A DNA stretch of 64,000 nt from NCBI GenBank assembly GCA_000708835.1, contig DF237102.1, positions 1-64,000 on the forward strand, written 5' to 3'. This DNA comes from Klebsormidium nitens. Taxonomy: Eukaryota > Plantae > Klebsormidiophyceae. Position 1 is the first letter of the stretch, and every line of letters starts with the position of its first letter. Positions 46,101 to 57,087 of the stretch are shown in pieces. The translations under genes and the position numbers were made by a program. The notes beneath the pieces are model-generated. The model had not been told where the DNA came from, ran no database searches, and saw only the letters and a program-made list of their open reading frames with translations.

Positions 46101-49100
46101 TTTTAAGCTAAGAGACGCATGTTCCTTTATTGACCCCAGTTTTACGTGTCAAAGCCTAGACTCTTCGAACGTGGGCATCTACTACATGTCGGTCAAAATT
46201 TCGTCGACCTTCCCCAGACCTTGTCCTGATAACGAACGCAAACTTAGCTTTTACCCACCAATAACCCACTTTCCAGGCTCCCCGTCACTACCCCCCGGCG
46301 CGTCTCCATCCCCTCAACCGAGCGCCTCCCCCGAGCTCCCCCCCTGCTCCCCGCCCCAGTACCTACAGGGTTACGGCTGGGTTTACCCCGACACCACTAA
46401 CTGCATTCCTAACCCCTCCCCGTCGGCGTCCCCGGCCACTTCCCCCGGTCTCTCTCCCAGTCTTCCCCCGTGCGACCCGCCCGAGTTCCAGGAGGGTTAC
46501 GGCTGGGTTTACCCGGAAACAGATAATTGCGTTCCCCAAACCCCAAACCCCTCCCCTTCAGGGTCCCCGGTAGCTTCCCCCGGGCAATCTTTGCCCCCCT
46601 GCCCGCCCCCTCGTTATAACGAGGGTTACGGCTGGGTTTACCCGACCGCCAGGGACTGCATCCCGCAGGCCCCGGGGGGATCCCCCTCCCCGGTCCCTTC
46701 CCCCAACCTGCCCCCGTGCGCCCCGCCCCGGTACCAACCGGGTTACGGCTGGGTTATGCCTGACCCCGCTAACTGCATTCCGTCCAACCCTTTGACGTCC
46801 CCCGGTACCTACTTCCCCGAGGCGTCTCCGTCCGCTCGTCCCATGCATATGCCTTCCCGGTCTCCTAATCCGGGCGGTTACCCGAGTGGAATACCTAACC
46901 CGGGTACTTCACCAAACCCCGGCAATATGCCTTATCCGGGCGGGTTACCTAACCCGGGTGGGGCACCTAACCCGGGTGGTTCGACTAACCCGGGCGGTCT
47001 GCCGCCATGCCCACCCCCCGTCTTCGACGCGCGCGTCGGTTGGCTGTACCCCGACCCAACCAAGTGCCAACCAAATACCAACCCTACTGGTAAGAGACAG
47101 CTTGAGGTTAGAGGTTTGTACCGTTCACATGCATAAGAATTAAAGACGTACTTAAGACGGCCAAGAGAATGCTTCTGTTCTCGCCGACCCACCAACTTCG
47201 ACCGGTTCGCTCTCTGATTCCAGAATTACGGTTAGATTACGACGTAGGAGCCGTCTTCGCATGTTGTTTTCATGGTTCGCCTTTGAAAGACTCATGTAGA
47301 ACGCAAACGGCGACATCAGGATAGACCTGGGATAAGAGCGAGTAGGATCGGTTGTTGAAAAGCTTTTTGTTGGGCTTATGGGCTGCACATCCTTGCCAAT
47401 GCTGAAAGGGTCCGATGCAAATTAGATGAATCCTGCGCCTCCGATATTCTGAGGTGCCTCTGCTCTTTGTCGAAAAGCACTAGTCACTACAACAATCCGG
47501 AATTCGAAAGAGCGGAGACCAAGCTACATAAGGATCAGAACACATTTGATCGGAGAGACGCGCTATCTGCAGGCACCCCCAACAATTGGTACCCTGGAAT
47601 GCCCGGCGGTTTCAACAACCCTCCGGCCATGTACCCCAACTATGGGCTGCCCCAGTACCCGCAGCAACCGGGGTACAACTACCGGGCAACCCATCACGGT
47701 AGATTCTCCGTTCACGCCCTTTTCCGTTCCACTTCGATTGATTGGCCGAGTAGATCCGTCACAGCATTGACTATCCAGACCGTTGCTGCATAAGCAATTT
47801 GAACAAGTCTGTGAACCGCGGTGCAATCTGATCCTCTTATCCCTTGTAAAGAAAGTGTATTCTAAATCGGCTTCATCAGTTTGAGAGAATACCTCACTCC
47901 GTCTTTGACCCCCTTCATAACCCTCGTCTAACCCCTGTCGTTAACCCCCTCCTAGACCACTCGCGCGGTCATCGCCACCGGTCAGACTCCGAAGGCGGCG
48001 ACGGACAGATCGTAATCAACATCGAGGAGAATTTCAACGGTGGTGATGCCCGGGAGAGCCGTACCGGCTGGGATGAAAACGACGAGTACCAGCAGTCCGG
48101 GCCCCGATATGGGGGCGCCGGGCAATACGGCGGGCCGGGAGTTAACCTCCAGGGTTTTTGGCCCGGTAACCAGGGTTACGGTGCCGGGTTTGGCCAGAAC
48201 TGGCCGGGTCAAGCGAACTGGGGGCCCGGGTCTCTGGTGGAGTTCCCCTCCAGTACCAATCCTACCGGTCACGGTAAGGAGTGTTAACATTCGAACTCCG
48301 CGCTAATGTTTCTCCGCGCTGTTATATAACCTTCTCGAGAATAAGGCATTCCTAGCTGATTCAATGACTTTGCATTGCAGTCCAGAGGAATGAAGCAAAG
48401 CCGAAGCCAAGCTTGTTGCCTGTCCAAGTGAACTCTGCGTTCGCTCGATATGCACAAGAGTTCGTCGTGGCATACTCCGGATCTTTGAGTTAGCCGTATG
48501 AGGTGATACCTCAGGATGAAGCACCTACGATCAGCGAGATACACAGAAGAATTAGATTCACTCTTTGGAAAACGAGACCCTGGAAGGCGTCAAGAGAACC
48601 GCAACAACTGCTTCTGCATCTTAGACTCATCCGCTGAAACTGCCCACGCTATCGTTGCAGGACACAACAACGAAATGCGCGAGGAGCCCGCGCGCGAGCA
48701 GCCCGAGCGCGAGCCGGAGCGCGCGGACTTCCGGCAGCTGAGCTCCCGCGACGTGGAGCTGTTCAAGGCGGGGATGGAGTACGGGCGGCAGATCGGGAGC
48801 GGAAACAGGCAGCCGGAGTGAGCCGCTGCCGCTGCCGCTGAATTCCTTTTCTTTTTCGATATCCTCACAGTCGAGACTAGAAAACCTCGACTGGTCGACC
48901 AACACACGTCGAAAAACAACAGACGCGCTGTCGAGGTTTTCTGGAAGTTTTGGTAGGTTCTTAATGATCGCAATTTTGCGGTTTGTCTCCAACCGGCAAT
49001 TTTGTGAAAATAGTCTAGGACGTAAAGCGGAGACGTAGACACAAAGATGCACGTGATCGAAATCAAAAAAAAAATCTCGCAGTCCGTTCGATCCCGATCC

Positions 49101-52100
49101 GAATGTAAACAGTCGTCTCACAGATGCCCTTTCGAACACACTTGACGCGCCGCGTCAGCCGGAGTATAATACGCTTCTGCTGAACTCGCCTCGCCTTGCT
49201 CTGCGTATGGTTTCCGGTTCGAAGTTGACACGAAGCCTACCTTCACGAGAGCATCCGCAAACCGCAGTTGTAAGTGCGTCTGTTCTATTTCCAGCTTGCA
49301 AATTCTAAAATAACCTTGCTTTCTCTGTTTGAAGGAACCCTCATGCCGAGGGACGCAACCCGGACCAGCCAAGCACCCCGGAGGGATCCCCCGAGCACGA
49401 CACAGAAACAGAGTATCATGCGGACCGTTCCAGCAGCCCGGAGGAGCCCTCCGAGCCCGTGGCAAGACACGAGGATGTGTCAGAGTATCACCTTGAGAAC
49501 GCTGACGGACCGGTTGACACTCAGAACGCTTACGCGGAGCCGCAAGAGCACCGAGACGAAGAGTCGGGACACGCAAACGGTGACGAGCACGAGAGCCCGG
49601 TAGAGCAAACCGAGCAGTATTCCGAAGGACGCGAGGAACGGGAAGAGCATACGGAGCAAGCGTACGGAAACGAGGAGCATGACGAGCGGATGCGGACACC
49701 GGAACCGGAACAGGAATACGCACCGGAGCCAACGCCGGAACCTACACCGGAACCTACACCGGAACCCACTGAATACACGCCGGAAACGAAACCGGACCCG
49801 ACACCGGAACCGACGCCGGAACGGACGCCGAGCCCGACTGCAGCGCCCACACCCGCGCCCACGAAAGCGGCTGTAACGCTGAAGCCATCTGTCTGGCCAG
49901 CGTTACAGTCGAAGGACGGGAAGCCGATCGCGATCGAGGCTGCAACGGGCCAGAACCTGAACGTTCTGTCGTGTTCCGCTCTGCAAGCGAATGTGCACCT
50001 GACGAACGGAAAGGACGGAACGCTGGTAAGCGAAAATTCTCGCCTTGCCTTCTAATTTGTAAGCTCTAACTTTTGATAAGGTACGGGAACAAAGTAGGCG
50101 GACTTTATTGAACTCCAAAAAATGTGTATCTCGCTGAGCCGGGGAAATCATGTATCGTTCGAGGATGAGCAATTCCTCTCCAAAGTATGAAAATCACTCT
50201 GTTTGTCAGGATGTATCCCTTTGTGCTGTCTTTCCTGTGCAAATTACACTTCTTCCACGCACGCTTCTATTTGGCCAACCACTACAGTCTTTCAGCCTTC
50301 CTGTGACGTGTTGCTCCGATGGGCACCCGTGAATGGATTTCATTGCACGCTTTCTCGGGTGATTTTTCAATGATTATATTACAGGGTCCGACGTCCCGAA
50401 GATTATCTTACCTCCTTGAAGAGAACCCGTACAGACACAACAAGTCTTCTGGTGGTCTTGCTACCTTTCTCCTGTAACCTTGACGGCTGTGAGACTATCT
50501 CTGGAAAAGGTTCTTATCCACACAAACCGTTCTCGCTTTCTGCGCGAGCAGTGCACAACAAATCGAACCAGAAGAATTCTCACCATGTCACTTTTGAAAT
50601 TCCCACACCAGGAACAAGCAGCATGTCATCTCTTACGAGCAAATTCGATTCAAAAAGCTCACGCCTCTCGGCGCTTTTCCTTCTTGCCCGCAGTACATCG
50701 ACAAAGTGGGCGTCACCTTCAAGTGGCAGAAGATCCAGGTCGACGCCGCGAGCACCGCGGCCGCGCGCGCGCAGCGCTTCTACGGCAAGCTGACGACACC
50801 GAACGTAAGCCCATCTGCCCCGTCCTATTTCTTTCCGCTGATGAGACAGCAAAGTTCACATCTTTTCAGGGTTTCCGTCAGTAAGCGATCAAGGGTGCCG
50901 GTTGGAAAACTCGTCTAAAATCGATAAAGGGCAAGTAACAACTTGCAGTGACTCCCAGCACAGCTGCCCTGTTTCCAGCAACTCCTTGATGACGTAGAGT
51001 GAGGCACCTACCTCACAATAGGACAAGTCATATTTCGCTGGGCGGACAAGACATTGATGACACTGGTGGCGGACCCGTCGATTTGAGGCCCTGTTGACTA
51101 AAAGCGTGATGGTCTGATTCAGAATGGAAGCCTTCAAACATATGACCAAAATACCTAAAAGATAACCCAACAAGATACCTGCTCTGCACCTGTACCCATC
51201 CTAAACCGCCAAGTAACTCCAACGTTACCAGGCTGGCGAGCTGATTTTCCTTCGGCTATCATTCCGGATGTATACCCTCTTTTTAGTTCAAAATAGATAT
51301 CTGCGTTTCTCCTCTCAACGTATCAGCATGCGTGCAATTGAGTAACATTCGAGCGCTAACGTTCAACAACTTACCTGCACTCCAATTTCAGAGGCCCCTG
51401 CTGGATCGCCAGCGCCGCTACTTCTTCAACGGAATGACCGTCGACCGGAGCGGAAACGAAGTATACGTGGCCGTCAACGACAGCCCAGTGCTCCACATCC
51501 AGATCGTTCCGTCCGGCGCTTCCGCCACCGGACCCTTCCTGGATTATGTAAGACCGGAAACTTTCGATTTGACTACATAAGGATGCAACATTTGCAGTGC
51601 TGATTTTTAGATGAGGTCCCTCCTCTAATCGGCTTTTCGCCCTCTTACGACTGCTCTGCAGAAGCGCTGCTCGTCGAGTAATCTTGGCTGCAGCTGCCTG
51701 ATCAGTCTCCTGCATTCAAATCAGAGCTTATTTGCAACGAGGTGGTCCGCACCTCGATCTAACCCGGTTGTTCATCGCTGAGCTCCTTGTAGACAGTTCT
51801 ACCTAGCCCTGACATAACCTAGGTGTTCATCGACAAGTTTCTTGCAGACGATTCGAGGTAGCCTCGACTCAAGCGGCGTGCTCATTGATGGATACCTTGT
51901 AGACGAAGTAGTTAGCCCCGAATGCCGGCAGTCTAACCTCCTTGGACCGCGGGCTACATTCCGCTGATTCCTATCCAAATGCTTCCCACCTGCAGCTCAT
52001 CGTGCAAGTGTTGGGCGTCCCTGCTGGCGACACGTGTCACGGCCTGATTGGCCAGACGTTCGTTCCTGGCCACGGTGATCGGGTGGACGGCTCGCCGGCG

Positions 52101-52695
52101 GACTACCTCGCTGACGATGTGCTGAGCACGACTGGGGCTTACTCCCGGTTCCAAGTGAGTGGGCGCAAATCAGTCCTTCCAGAATGGGGAAAGCTGCGCT
52201 TTATGCCTCTAAATCGAAACCTTGGAATAGAGGTCGGAGAAGCTACGGTTTTTCGGACTAGATCCTGAACTTGGACTACAAGTTGGGAAGTTAGGGTATA
52301 TGTGTCTGGATTAGAAAGTTTGGACTGCGAACTGGCAAACCGGTGAAGCTCCTCAATCGAACGATGACTAGAGCATGACTCGACTAGGCCCTTCCGTCAT
52401 ATCTTGAGCGAATGTTCTCACGCTTCCCCTCAGGCTTTGCTGCTCTCCGCTTCTCAATGCCTCTTAACGAATCTTGGATGTTCTTTTCTCGTGCACGGTC
52501 AGTGGTCTCAGGCTCTCGGAACCTCGCAATAAACCCGTGATGTCCCTACATGTCCTCTTTGCTGCTTTCCACTCTTTGATATTGACGCTCTATTGATCCT
52601 GGATTGCGATTTTTCTCGTGCAGGGTCAGTGGTATCAGGCTCTCGGAATCTCGCCTGCCCCGGGCGCTGTTAGCCCCACCTCGAGCCCACACTAG
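34107..52695 (+). CDS. Giant secreted mosaic cell-wall/adhesion glycoprotein, ~2,900 aa, 18 exons: 34107-34200, 35518-38037, 38921-39495, 40321-40417, 40712-42660, 42982-43062, 44017-44124, 44479-44658, 45075-45633, 46277-47089, 47573-47698, 47956-48273, 48661-48817, 49335-50025, 50694-50804, 51392-51547, 51996-52154, 52624-52695
   Basis: Every junction is GT-AG and phase-compatible. Exon 1 encodes a signal peptide (MGGPRY...ALPLGLLLLCLLVIAG). Domains in order: Tyr/Lys repeats, beta-rich Cys domain, TNPP repeats, GGA-x/F-x-x-N beta-helix repeats, SP repeats, Cys-YGWVYP modules, G/Q/Y-rich segment, acidic PEPT segment, and a root-cap/vWD-like C-terminus (CHGLIGQTF...YSRF). The last exon is less certain. 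Confidence 0.8.
35630..37900 (+). repeat. Coding tandem repeats in three blocks: 54-bp (YKAPEATKA-YQQPEKTQA), 27-bp (YGNPEPTKG), 30-bp (YGDKPESTKG, about 22 copies)
   Basis: Directly visible in the translation of ORF 35457-38069. Confidence 0.97.
40740..42345 (+). repeat. Coding (T/S)NPP / PTNPP mucin-like repeats spanning the large gap
   Basis: ACTAACCCGCCC-type 12-bp units on both sides of the N run. Confidence 0.93.
41226..42107. other. Assembly gap (~882 N) within the TNPP repeat exon
   Basis: Run of N flanked by the same repeat. Confidence 0.99.
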
Positions 52696-54419
52696 TTGCC
52701 CGGGACAAGCGCCCGGTGGGCGATTGACTGAGACCAGCACCTTCTAATTCTGGAAGGATTCGGGGGCAGCACAGCGTTAACCAAGAGATCAGCATAGACC
52801 AAGCTTGGTTTGTGGTTGGTTAAGTGCCCGTATAAAAGGGAGAACGTGGTTCTTGTCTGATTCGATACCCAGATCTGGTTAAGGGCACGAGCTTCTTGCG
52901 CGAGTTCCCGCATGGCAAGGCGTTAATTCCGAAGCTAGTTTAGAGCCTCCGTTTTTCAATCACTCGAAGCCTTTCGTAGGGTAAGCTGAGCGGCCGTTTT
53001 ATTGAGTTGACGTTTCTAGACTTTGAGCTAGCGTATCAGATAGTTTGAGTTGAGAACTGTTAAAGTGTAGAGATTCGCATCGCGCTACACGGGAGATCAG
53101 CATAGCTTCGCATAGAATAGAGCTGAGAATGTATGCTCTCACTGATTAGATGTGTTGGAGCCGCTTAGACGGATTCATAAAGTTGACAGTCGACTGCCTG
53201 CTCTTTTGAAAGGCCCGGTAATGGATAAAGACCGGGAATGAGCCCAATACCTTTTAGACCTACCGATTGCCTGATTTGGATGGTAGTTGTGTGTATGCAC
53301 TCAAGAGGTCCCGTTCGCGAGTGCCGCAGCGCAAGAGACAGTGCCGAACAGAGGTGCTCGACAGTCGTCCAGACTTTGATGAACAGATGTTCGAAGAACT
53401 CGACGCCGAAGCAGACGCATAATTGACATACTTTCTTTTACGGACCTTGGCAGTACTACGAGCCTTCAAGCAACTGCTGACAACATGAAGACTATAGCGC
53501 AGATGTATCATGTATATGAATACGCCACGTGGGCAAAGCCATTTGCGGTGAGGCCTTGAGAAGCAATAATTCAAATCGCCTCAAATGACCGCAACGGAAA
53601 CCAACGGTCATGCCAATGTACTTCGACCCATGCAATTCGGACACGGAGATTCCACTCAGTAGCTGTAAAGGCAGCCATACATCGTTTGATGTAGGTGCTT
53701 GCACAAGCACCTATATCAATCAGTCACGCGCCGGCAGCAAGACCCAGAATGATGCTCGTACGTCTGAGAGACTCTAGCTCTGTGCGGGCCCGGCAAACAG
53801 TGCAAGTATGAAGTTGGAACCGGGTCAGCACTGCGGTACTAGATGCTCGGCGGATCCTCGGTATCGGACTGTTGCACGCGACGTGATTTGAAGTTTGGAT
53901 CAGCGGGTCGACTTTACTGAGGTACAATCTGCCAGGGCCAAAAATGTCGAGGGAAAGGTATCGTTGCTTGAAAAATACATTCAAAAGCTACTACATACAA
54001 AAGTTGAAAAGTTGAGAGGCCTAGCCTCTTGCCTGTGTGCTGGTTATTTGATGGTACTAACCTCGTATTGTGCAAGGCATCCGGATTCAGCTGTACAAGA
54101 ACTGCGTAAAGCATGTCGCGCTACTTCTACTGCAGGCCCTAACCGCGAGATTTTAATGAAGATCGGTAACGTATAGCCGATGCAAGGTCTGTCCGAGTGC
54201 GGGTACTTACAAGCCGTCATCTTTCCAGATCAATCGAGACCTGTGCAAAAGCCACTTATCTTACTAGGCAAAGTAAAAGTAAGAGACGGACGTGTTTTCT
54301 TTCACGGGTAATTAATGCTGTCACGTGTCTCTGGCTCGGCGCTTGGCAGCTTGATCCTTAAACGTGAAGATCGTACGCCACGCTGCGAACCTGACCCGAC
54401 CGACGGTAACGAAGTTCCC

Positions 54420-57087
54420 CTAGGCCCCAAACATCGAAAGCGTCTTCATCGCCAGGAAGAAGTCCGTGTCATAGCTTATTGACGAAGGCCTTGCTACCTG
54501 CACCCGGTTCCCCGTCCAGACGCTTATTTTCTTGGCCGCCTCATTCTGCATAATCAGCACCCGGCGCCCCTCTACCGATTCCACGGGCCGCAGCATCCCG
54601 TCGATCGGGGCTGGCAACCGGTACAGGATGACGTAACCATCGTCATCCGTGACGATGTCACCCTCGCCCAGCACGCCGTGGTGCGGCTTCACCGTCAGGT
54701 GGAGCAGCGCGGCGACGTCGCCAAGCCGCATCGCGACCTGGCTGGTCGCCGTCAGGTTCTCCACGCGCGCGCGCGCGAAGAGGCGCCGCAACGTGGCGCT
54801 CCCGGACATCGCGGACAGCGCCACGTCAGTGCCGAAGTTGTAGTGCTTGACGTCCGTCAGTCTGCCGTCGCAGTACATGGGGATCGTGCGCGAATTCGAG
54901 GGGGATCCCTCGTACGTCGGCTTGAGCTGCTCCGCGCGCGCGTCCGCGAGCGGCTGCCGCGGGTTGCAGGTCGCGCACATGCGCCCGCTGCTCTCGCCCA
55001 CGGCGTGCCACGTAGTGGGGCGCTGTTGGACGATGAGCTCCATCGCGCTGCCTTGCATGTACCTGGAGTGAAAGGAGACGTTGAATGGAGCAAAAGGGTG
55101 GGGACGGCAAGTCGAAGGAGGCGTTTTCAGTATTGTTCAATTCGACAGGTATTATCAAGAATCACGAGCCAAATAAGACCGATCTTGAAGGACTTCGAGA
55201 TCCGCTCCGACTATAAAGTCCCGTTTTCAAGGCCATATGCCCTTATAAGATTGACGCGGATTGAACATTTATGTCGATAGAGAAGCTCCCTTTCTCAGAT
55301 CGGCGCTGTGACTCGACCTTCCTTCATGTTCTCATGTATCCACAAGTGGTCTGAACATGGGGTCTCGGTTGACTGTGATGTATCAGTTATACGAGAAAAG
55401 CGGGAGGGGTCATGACCGAGAAAGCGATCGCAGAAGAAGGTCGTAGGAGAGACGGCCGCTCAGTTCGGCAGGTGGCTGATTGACTTCATGCCCCTGGAGA
55501 ACTAGAGCGGCGAGTACTGGGAAAGAAATTCATCGTGACCCAGCGGAAGAACTGCCGAGGCTGTTACTTCCGGAGGGATGACTCATCGGCGCTTGTGCGG
55601 ACGGGCAAGATGCTGTGTGGTAAGCACGTCGACGTCACAAACGAAGAAAGGCGTGTGAACATTTAACCTGGTGACGTCTCTTCCGTTTTGAGACTACAAT
55701 AGTAAGCGGCGTGGACGACCGACCTCTCTTCGGAAGTCAGAGAACATTTGAGGTCTCGTCCGACTATTCAGAGTCTATGTAAGACAGAGGAAGCATCTGA
55801 CGGCAAAAAAAGACAAGTCGACCGCTTGTCCTGGTTTTCCTTGCAAGGCATGAGAGTGCAAGGGTTGGGAGACCGCGCAGGCGGCCGCGGCGCCCAATCG
55901 GCTTCTGCACAATAGCAGATTCTCAAGCGTTTGAAAATGATCATGATAGGCTTTGCTTTTCTGGTGGACTAGCAGCGGTAATATGAAACCAACGATGTCG
56001 ACGCCGCAATTCGATCGGTTGGCATTTGGTCCCACAAAGAAGGAAAAAGGTGAGCAGTAAATGGAAAACGTTTGATCGTAGAAGGTGAAGTCAAGCAAAC
56101 AGCTCGTAGGGGCAAAGGTGGTGTTTCGGTTGAAGGGCACGGACACTGCTAAAGCCTTGTCGAGGATACAAGCAGCCTAAGATGACGGCTTTCTTGGTAC
56201 GTGTTTAGAAGTCCGATCTTATTCTCCACAGGGAAAAGAGAAAGCGGGGAGAAACAACACACCCTTTGACATCTCGAGAATGAAGACGGTGCACATCTCT
56301 GTACTGCGGAACGAAACTCTCCTTATACCGCCTGAAAACAAATCGGTGCACGTCGGTACATACCCGAGACAGAAGAACCGCGCCGTGTCATTTACCCACA
56401 GGTGCGTATACACAAACAGGCTGGCCTTTGCGCCGCGCCCGGTTCCCTCCCCATATGCGGCACTGTAGATGACGATTGGGTCCGCGTTCAACGGCCCGAC
56501 GGTGAGCGTCGTGTCGGACTCCCTCAGAAGAAGGAGCTTGAGTAGCAACAAGCTCTCCTGGTTGCGGCAGTAAACCTGATTCACATAAATTTTGTCAATA
56601 TCTGCTCATTCTTGAGGTATCCAAGCGAAATTTAGCGTTTCCAAGAATCGAATCAGAATGTCCCTTTTCAGGCGCATCCCTTATTGCCATTCTGACTTTG
56701 TAAATGATTCTACAGGAGCCACGAACTTCGAAGTTGGTTTTACTGCTCAGCCGACCACGGTTTTACCGGTACAAGTACACGATGTACGCGGTTATCAAGG
56801 CTTACTGGAATCTGGAAGCAACTCTATCACCAACTTTTGAAAAGAAAAAACGGTAAACCTGCCATGTTCCGTATGAAATATTCGGCCAGACTCACCTTAT
56901 ACCAGTATCCTTTTACGTTGCTCTCTTCCGCCGGAACGGGTCCGAAGCTCGACGGATTTCCGTCCGCGGGCAGCGCGGAGGCGAGGTTCAGCGCGAGCCG
57001 TAGCAGGCGCTCGCGCTCGCGCCGCAGCAGGGCCTCGCTCGTCTCGGTGAAGATGGTGGAAAAGGTCCACGTGAAACTAGTCGCCAT
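54420..57087 (-). CDS. Hypothetical protein, ~348 aa; exons 57087-56896, 56575-56364, 55062-54420
   Basis: GC-rich coding-like segments joined by phase-compatible sites (AAG|GTGAG, GG|GTATGT, CCAG|G); exon sum 1047 nt. No family recognised with confidence. Confidence 0.65.
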
